A stretch of DNA of 32,000 nucleotides. Source: Caldimicrobium thiodismutans. Its GTDB lineage: Bacteria; Desulfobacterota; Thermodesulfobacteria; Thermodesulfobacteriales; Thermodesulfobacteriaceae. Shown one piece after another: positions 27,192 through 32,000 of the stretch; positions within the stretch are counted from its first letter, which is position 1, and each line of letters opens with the position of its first letter. Location: assembly GCF_001548275.1 (NCBI RefSeq), contig NZ_AP014945.1, positions 1,680,001 to 1,712,000 of the forward strand, in the 5' to 3' direction. The position numbers were made by a program, and so were the translations under genes. A model generated the notes under the pieces. That model searched no databases. It saw nothing but the letters and a program-made list of their open reading frames with translations, and was not told where the DNA came from.

Positions 27192-28468
27192 GGTTTCAAT
27201 TTTCCAGAAATTTTAAAGATAATTATATTTTTTTCTTGAAAATAGTCAAACTGATTTTGTTGAATTTCCATAAAACTTCCAAGTTTTTTAAGAAGCTCTT
27301 GAGTAAGAATATTTGCCTCTTGAGGATAGGCACTTTTTTCTCCTGAAAGACTGATGTGGTAAGTATTATTCCCCTCTTTTATTTCAAAAGAGTTGATTTT
27401 GAAGCCTTCGCAGGCCTTGACAATATTATAGAGTAATTTATCAGCAGAAGGATTTCTGATAAGTTTCTCCCTCTCTTCAAGATAGGTTCTAAAGTTTCTA
27501 ATTTTATCTTCAGGGTATTCTCTTAAAAATCTGTTTATACTCTCTGTTATTAAGGCTTCCTTTTTAGACATTTCTTTTTCAAGCTCGGAATTTACTTTTT
27601 TCAAAAAGAAACTAAATAGCAGAAAAATTAAAGCCAATCCTATGAAGGCATAGGAAATCTTGTAATTTCCTTCCATAACTTCTTTAACTGCTCTTTCTTC
27701 TTCTGGAAGGAGATTAAAGGAAGCTTCAACAAGGGGAGCATAAAGAAATTCAGGGAATTGAATTTCCTGTAAAATTACTTCAAACCCGCTATTCTCTAAC
27801 CCCTCCTTGAGATCCCTACTGAATAGATAGATTCTTGTTAATTCCTTAGAATGGTCCCTGTAAAAGAGATTTTTTAAAAAGTTTAATCTTCCAGTGAGTT
27901 CATCAAAATTAATTCCAAGGAGTTCCTCTACCTGGAAAAATTCAATATATAAAGGAAGCCCCTCTTTAAAAATGAGTATCCAGAGACCTTCTTTTTCCCT
28001 GTGAATTAAAAGGGATTCCTCCTTTACATCTTTAAAAACCCTTGCAAGGGCAAAGGGTAAAAAGGAAATTCCTTCAAGTTTGCTTTTAGTAACCCCTTTT
28101 AAAAGATTTTTTAATCTCAAAAGTTCTCTATTTTCAAGGGCAAGATAGCTAAGTTCATAAAAATTTCCCTCTTTTTTTAGAATCTTCCAGTAAAGATAGT
28201 ATGGGCCTGTTAAATATCCTGTAGTGTTCACCCTATCTGTAAGTCTTAGCTTGAGAATTTCATCGCTATAAACAGGAAGATTTAAACCATAAATTTCGTA
28301 AAAAAATTGAGGATTCTTTAGAATTAAAAAGACCTTTTTTCCTTTAAGTTCTTCAGAGGTTAAAACTGAAAAGTATTCCAGTTTTTTGGGAGAGGGTAAT
28401 TTCCCTTCAATTCCCAGGCCTTCAAAGAGATCTTCCTTTAAAGGCTTAACTATATAAAATTTATACAT
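27188..28468 (-). CDS. Fused PilM-like/PilN-like pilus assembly protein (MshI/GspL-like)
   Basis: About 255 cytoplasmic residues, then the NLLPEEER motif characteristic of PilN N-termini, a TM helix (ISYAFIGLALIFLLFSFFL), and a periplasmic coiled coil plus alpha/beta domain. Confidence 0.6.
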   Translation of the reverse strand: MYKFYIVKPLKEDLFEGLGIEGKLPSPKKLEYFSVLTSEELKGKKVFLILKNPQFFYEIYGLNLPVYSDEILKLRLTDRVNTTGYLTGPYYLYWKILKKEGNFYELSYLALENRELLRLKNLLKGVTKSKLEGISFLPFALARVFKDVKEESLLIHREKEGLWILIFKEGLPLYIEFFQVEELLGINFDELTGRLNFLKNLFYRDHSKELTRIYLFSRDLKEGLENSGFEVILQEIQFPEFLYAPLVEASFNLLPEEERAVKEVMEGNYKISYAFIGLALIFLLFSFFLKKVNSELEKEMSKKEALITESINRFLREYPEDKIRNFRTYLEEREKLIRNPSADKLLYNIVKACEGFKINSFEIKEGNNTYHISLSGEKSAYPQEANILTQELLKKLGSFMEIQQNQFDYFQEKNIIIFKISGKLKP

Positions 28469-28469
28469 A

Positions 28470-29348
28470 TCAGACCTCTAAGAGTTCATTCTGAAAGGTT
28501 TTTCTGGCTTCTTTTAGGTATTTTTTGCGAATAGTTTTATCTCTTTTAGCATAGGCAATGAAAAGGGTTCTATCCATAAGTTTATTGATTAATCTTGGAA
28601 CTCCCCTGGTCCACTTGTAGAGAGGTTTTTCAAGCTTTTTCTCAAGGATAATCTCTGGAGTTTCAGAAACTTGCTTAATCCTGAACCAGAGATAGGGGAA
28701 AAGTTCTTCCTTTTCAAGGGGCTTTAAAACCTCCCATACAGAGATTCTCTGTCTTAAGGGTGCATGTTCTGGTTTTTTAAGCTTTTCTGATAAGCCAGGC
28801 TGTCCTGAAAGAAGTATCTGAAGATTAATTTCCTTTCCCTCATTTAAATTGGTAATGAGCCTTAATTCTTCAAGGGTTTCATCAGGAAGAAGCTGGGCTT
28901 CATCAATGATGAGAAGATATTTTTTTGGTTTTTCAGATTCTTTAAAAAAGACCTTTAATTTTTTTAACACCTCATCCTTGGTAAAAAAGGAGTTTTCAGT
29001 GAAAAGCCCCATTTCCTTAAAAAGGGCTTGAAAAAACTCCTCGGGTTTCAGGGCTGGGTTGTAAATGTAAAGGGGGTTGATATCTTTGCTTAGTTTTGAA
29101 AGAAGGGTTAAAACTACCTGAGTTTTTCCAAAGCCCGGATCACCCGTCAAAACAGAGATTAAGCTTCCCTGGTTTAAGGCAAAGGTGAGAACTTCAATGG
29201 ATTCAAGATGAGCCCTTGCTGGAAAAAATAAGGATGGATCTGGAACTAAGGAAAAGGGAGGCTCCCTGAGATTAAAAAAGGAAAGATAGGAATAGAGATT
29301 TTCATGCATAAAAATTTTAATTCTTAAAAAATCATTTATTGGGGTCAA
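28470..29348 (-). CDS. ExeA/GspA/MshM-family AAA ATPase
   Basis: YLSFFNLREPPFSLVPDPSLFF family N-terminus. Walker A GDPGFGKTQV. Walker B LLIIDEAQLL. The track start is TTG 29348, but ATG 29309 (MHENLYSYLSFF...) fits the family N-terminus better. Confidence 0.82.
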   Translation of the reverse strand: MTPINDFLRIKIFMHENLYSYLSFFNLREPPFSLVPDPSLFFPARAHLESIEVLTFALNQGSLISVLTGDPGFGKTQVVLTLLSKLSKDINPLYIYNPALKPEEFFQALFKEMGLFTENSFFTKDEVLKKLKVFFKESEKPKKYLLIIDEAQLLPDETLEELRLITNLNEGKEINLQILLSGQPGLSEKLKKPEHAPLRQRISVWEVLKPLEKEELFPYLWFRIKQVSETPEIILEKKLEKPLYKWTRGVPRLINKLMDRTLFIAYAKRDKTIRKKYLKEARKTFQNELLEV

Positions 29349-29456
29349 TAGTAAAATGTCCTGACCCTTTCATCAGGGGCAGAACTAAAATAACAGGCAT
29401 TATGTAAATTTTATAAAAAGAATAAGCCTTTTGATTTGCACAAAAGTTTTTACAGC

Positions 29457-29987
29457 TTATGGTTGTTTATCAAAAAAGTATCTGGCAGTTACTATACTAT
29501 TTGGGTCTGTTGTTGGCCAATCAGCTGTGGTATTATCCGCTCTACGGAATCTTCCTGCTAAACCATTTGCTGAGCCATCAATGGAAGTATCAATCATTTG
29601 AGCTGCAAAGGAAGGAATATTATCTATGGTGATTGCATTAAAAGTAGCGTTATTAGTAGTAAAGTTTCCAATAGTAAAGTTACCACCAAAGGCATGTCTG
29701 ATTCCATTTGTTCCATTGGGAAGCAATCCTTGAGCTACAAGTTCTGCTGTAGCATTAGTTGGATCATCAATAATTCCATCATTATTTGTATCACCTGGTA
29801 AATTTCCTCTACGGTCATAATAAGTCCAAATTATAGCCTCAAGCCCTCTCAAATCATTTTGAACTCTTTTGGCTCTTGCATTAGCAATAAGCTCTTGACC
29901 CTTAAGCACTGCCCCTAAAATGATTCCAATGATAACAAGCACTATAGCCAGCTCAACTAAAGTAAATCCTTTAGCCCTTTCTTTCAT
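29457..29987 (-). CDS. Type IV pilin / pseudopilin (major subunit candidate)
   Basis: ATG 29987 follows a GGGAGGTG RBS; the track ATG 30002 lies within that RBS. Class III leader MKERAKG/FTLVELAIVLVIIGIILGA with Gly at -1, Phe at +1 and Glu at +5. 176 aa with no cysteines. Confidence 0.9.
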   Translation of the reverse strand: MKERAKGFTLVELAIVLVIIGIILGAVLKGQELIANARAKRVQNDLRGLEAIIWTYYDRRGNLPGDTNNDGIIDDPTNATAELVAQGLLPNGTNGIRHAFGGNFTIGNFTTNNATFNAITIDNIPSFAAQMIDTSIDGSANGLAGRFRRADNTTADWPTTDPNSIVTARYFFDKQP

Positions 29988-30034
29988 AGCTTCACCTCCC
30001 AAAATTTTAATAAAAATTTTAATAATGAATGATG

Positions 30035-30062
30035 ATATTACATCTTTTTACAAAGTTGTCAA
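30035..30062 (-). promoter_or_regulatory. Sigma70-type promoter candidate for the pilin gene
   Basis: On the minus strand: TTGACA (30057-30062), a 16-nt spacer, then TAATAT (30035-30040). It lies about 45 nt upstream of ATG 29987. Confidence 0.5.
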
Positions 30063-30118
30063 GGGATATCTGTAGGAGGTGAAAATTTTAAACCCCCTGA
30101 TTTTTGTGTCTGTTGTAG

Positions 30119-30190
30119 CACAGATATTCTTGTCTGTGTTTCTTTAATACCTTGGAATGTAATTTACCTTCACAGGCAAGATTGCCTGTG
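30119..30190. promoter_or_regulatory. Twin 20-bp palindromes CACAG-N10-CTGTG in the divergent pilin intergenic region
   Basis: 30119-30138 reads CACAGATATTCTTGTCTGTG. 30171-30190 reads CACAGGCAAGATTGCCTGTG, with arms extendable to 9 bp. Their centres are 52 bp apart. Confidence 0.45.
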
Positions 30191-30260
30191 TTACTTTCAT
30201 ACTTGATCCCCTCTTACCACCCTTTCTTTTTCTTGTAAGGATCTGAACTTGTGCACTACC

Positions 30261-30288
30261 TTGACCTTTTTTAATTTTAAGTTATAAA
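30261..30288 (+). promoter_or_regulatory. Sigma70-type promoter candidate for the large prepilin-like gene
   Basis: TTGACC (30261-30266), a 16-nt spacer, then TATAAA (30283-30288). The -10 box ends 9 nt before ATG 30298, and there is no SD in between. Confidence 0.35.
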
Positions 30289-30297
30289 ATAATTTTT

Positions 30298-32000
30298 ATG
30301 AGGAAAAGGGTTTTTGGGTTTACCCTTGTAGAGATAGCTATCATTCTTGTTATTCTTGGTTTTCTCATAGGTCTTGGTGCAGCCCTAATCGGGCCTTTAA
30401 CCAAGCGAATGAAAATCAATGAGACCCGTGAAACCCTCGATGCCATAACCGAGGCAATTATCAGTTATGCAGCGGGAAATAAATGTCTCAGTGGTAATCT
30501 TACTACTATGGGAGTTAGGAAAACCATGGATGCCTGGAATAAGGATATACACTACATTCCAGCTAAAGAGGTTGTTAACGGAAATTATACGCTTAACAAT
30601 AATATTTATCAAGGTAATTGCACATTTTATGAAAAAGATATTTGCGGAAGAAAGGGAACCTCTCTTAAACTTAGGATATGTAATGATGCGACTTGTACAG
30701 CTCCCACGGTTTATGAAAATATTGCTTTTGTCATTGTAAGTGGAGGTCCGAATTATAATCTTCAGACTTTTTATAATGATACTGAAGTCATAATTTATGC
30801 TCCGGGAACGCCCAATGTAGATGGTTATCCTTTTGATTTAAGTAGGCCTGAGGAATTTGATGATATTGTTAAGTGGGTGACCCTTGATGAATTGAGGGTC
30901 AAAATGGGTTGCCCAGGTGCCCAGTTAAGAATCATTACCTCAGAGCTTCCTGTAGCCTATCAAAATAGAGATTATAATGCTACCGTTTACGCACAAGGTG
31001 GAGTTCCTTACGCAAGTGGTGGAAATTATAAATGGAATTACACTTTACCTTCCGGATTTAATGGCAGTCCGGCTTCTGGCAATCAAGGAGGCAACTTAAC
31101 TATATCAGCAAGTCCTGTTAATATATGTCCAGGAACCTATCAAGTTACTGTAACAGTAAGTGATAACGATACTAACCAAGACACAAGAGTATTTAATATA
31201 TCTATCCAACCTGACCCTGTAAGAGTAAGCCCCTATACAGCTGTTTACTACGCTACAAAAAATGTCAGTTATAACAACAGTATTCCATTAAGTATAAGTG
31301 GAGGAAAACCTTCTTATACTGTTAGTTGCCCTCCGACGAGTTGTAATGGTCTTAATGTATCATCTTGTGATACTTCTTCTGTAACCATAACCGGAACACC
31401 CACTGAAACTGGAACTTGTAATTTTTCTATCACAATTAGAGATTCTTGTGGACAATTTACCACAGCTACTTACTCTGTTGTAATTCAAGATGTTTCATCT
31501 GGCGGAGGTGGTGGAGGTGGTGGAGGAGGAGGTGGTGGAGCACCAAGTTGCACCTTAACAGCCTCTTCAAATCCTATAGATTATAATACAAGAGCAACAC
31601 TTAACTGGACCATAATCAATGGGCCTGCTACTTATAATTTTAATCCGACAAGTGGAAATTGCACCAGTGGCACAGGTTCAACTGGAGGAACCTGTCAAAC
31701 AAATCCTTTAACTCGCAATACTCTGTTTACTTTAGTAGTTTCCAATGCATTTGGAAGTAATACTTGTTACTATAAAGTTTGTGTGAGACCTACGAGCGGC
31801 TCAACTTACGAAGTATGGAATGAGAGTGGCAGAACCATTGAAGCAAGGCTTCCAGATGGCACATGTAGGGAAGTCGATAACAATCGAGAAATCACAACCC
31901 AAGCGCAGGAGCTTGGCCCTGGACAGGCTATTTTGATTTATCCTTCAGCTGGACCTGTAGATTGCACTGGAACTCTTCTCTATATTATAACATACGATGA
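30298..32000 (+). CDS. Large prepilin-leader protein with Ig-like repeats (putative pilus-associated adhesin or minor pilin); 3' end lies outside the window
   Basis: Absent from the ORF track. My translation gives 567 codons with no stop up to the window end. N-terminus is MRKRVFG/FTLVEIAIILVILGFLIG (prepilin cleavage/methylation motif, Glu at +5). Repeats of the type Y.ATV.AQGG.PY...Y.W...LP.GF...G.Y.VTVTVSD follow, then a G13 linker and further Cys/Thr/Asn-rich beta modules. Confidence 0.85.
   Translation, partial: MRKRVFGFTLVEIAIILVILGFLIGLGAALIGPLTKRMKINETRETLDAITEAIISYAAGNKCLSGNLTTMGVRKTMDAWNKDIHYIPAKEVVNGNYTLNNNIYQGNCTFYEKDICGRKGTSLKLRICNDATCTAPTVYENIAFVIVSGGPNYNLQTFYNDTEVIIYAPGTPNVDGYPFDLSRPEEFDDIVKWVTLDELRVKMGCPGAQLRIITSELPVAYQNRDYNATVYAQGGVPYASGGNYKWNYTLPSGFNGSPASGNQGGNLTISASPVNICPGTYQVTVTVSDNDTNQDTRVFNISIQPDPVRVSPYTAVYYATKNVSYNNSIPLSISGGKPSYTVSCPPTSCNGLNVSSCDTSSVTITGTPTETGTCNFSITIRDSCGQFTTATYSVVIQDVSSGGGGGGGGGGGGGAPSCTLTASSNPIDYNTRATLNWTIINGPATYNFNPTSGNCTSGTGSTGGTCQTNPLTRNTLFTLVVSNAFGSNTCYYKVCVRPTSGSTYEVWNESGRTIEARLPDGTCREVDNNREITTQAQELGPGQAILIYPSAGPVDCTGTLLYIITYD
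31501..31539 (+). repeat. GGN trinucleotide tract encoding 13 consecutive glycines
   Basis: ggc gga ggt ggt gga ggt ggt gga gga gga ggt ggt gga, lying between two beta-rich modules of the large prepilin-like ORF. Confidence 0.9.

Noticed and set aside
29349-29456. Possible terminator or attenuator between the pilin gene and the ExeA-like gene (CCTGA-N8-TCAGG followed by ACATTTT on the minus strand).
   Set aside because: The stem is only 5 bp with an 8-nt loop and a weak U-tract. That is too marginal to call.
30003-30297. Possible c-di-GMP riboswitch or sigma54 promoter in the pilin intergenic region. Such elements are common upstream of pilin and MSHA genes.
   Set aside because: I could not find the conserved GEMM-type core. 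The CACAGGCAA segment is simply one arm of a palindrome. The only GG-N10-GC match (minus strand, 30252-30267, AGGTCAAGGTAGTGCA) fits the consensus only at the GG and GC dinucleotides. TGGAAT-N5-TTAC at 30153-30167 lacks the -12 GC.
30397-30739. Track ORFs 30397-30612 (-) and 30467-30739 (+).
   Set aside because: Both lie inside the 567+-codon prepilin-leader ORF, which has far stronger coding evidence (leader motif, repeats).
29457-32000. High density of N-x-S/T triplets in the pilin and the large prepilin-like protein as evidence for N-linked glycosylation.
   Set aside because: The bacterial PglB-type sequon needs an acidic residue at -2 (D/E-x-N-x-S/T), and the sites I checked do not have it. 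The Asn/Thr-rich composition alone explains the triplets.
1-32000. Scan for CRISPR arrays, tRNA/rRNA/tmRNA genes, IS elements with terminal inverted repeats, prophage or toxin-antitoxin/defence modules.
   Set aside because: I saw no spaced direct-repeat arrays, no cloverleaf-like conserved tRNA segments in the few intergenic gaps (13.4, 16.4, 29.4, 30.1 kb), and no integrase, transposase or defence-type ORFs apart from the decayed Rpn-like remnant.

Overview
Low-GC bacterial chromosome segment. The K/E/I-rich proteins, the Zn-ribbon forms of S14, L36, L24 and S4, and a Zn-lid adenylate kinase suggest a thermophilic, probably anaerobic organism, but I cannot assign a species. All homology calls come from reading the translations, not from searches.

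Layout:
(1) 1-13.4 kb, + strand: the distal part of the conserved S10-spc-alpha ribosomal supercluster, rplB through rplQ. It includes secY, adk, map, infA, rpoA and an rpmJ that the ORF track missed. It ends in a bidirectional intrinsic terminator. This part is ordinary.
(2) 13.4-16.4 kb: a decayed Rpn/YhgA-like nuclease pseudogene, then miaB, then an RCK-gated 2-TM K+ channel with an atypical GYE filter.
(3) 16.4-18.6 kb, + strand: five small genes that all encode signal-peptide proteins. Two are ZraP/CpxP/Spy-family paralogs, one is a Q-rich peptide, one is a Cys-rich protein interrupted by an in-frame TGA, and one is an OB-fold-like protein.
(4) 18.6-30.0 kb, - strand: one tightly packed gene string. 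It runs pilin, MshM/ExeA-like ATPase, MshI/J/K-like assembly proteins, lipoprotein secretin, TPR protein, MshE-type ATPase and GspF/PilC platform. A sensor kinase and a sigma54-dependent response regulator follow with overlapping reading frames.
(5) 30.3 kb to the window end, + strand: a protein of more than 567 aa with a prepilin leader and Ig-like repeats. It is absent from the ORF track because it runs off the window.

The most interesting observation is the in-frame TGA inside a C-x-C cysteine cluster at 17931-17933. It has a downstream SECIS-like hairpin and 71 more open codons, so it is a candidate selenoprotein in a ZraP-like envelope or metal-stress island. Next are the sigma54 two-component system fused to an MSHA-type pilus operon, and twin CACAG-N10-CTGTG palindromes in the divergent pilin control region. 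I saw no CRISPR array, tRNA/rRNA gene, prophage or recognisable defence system.
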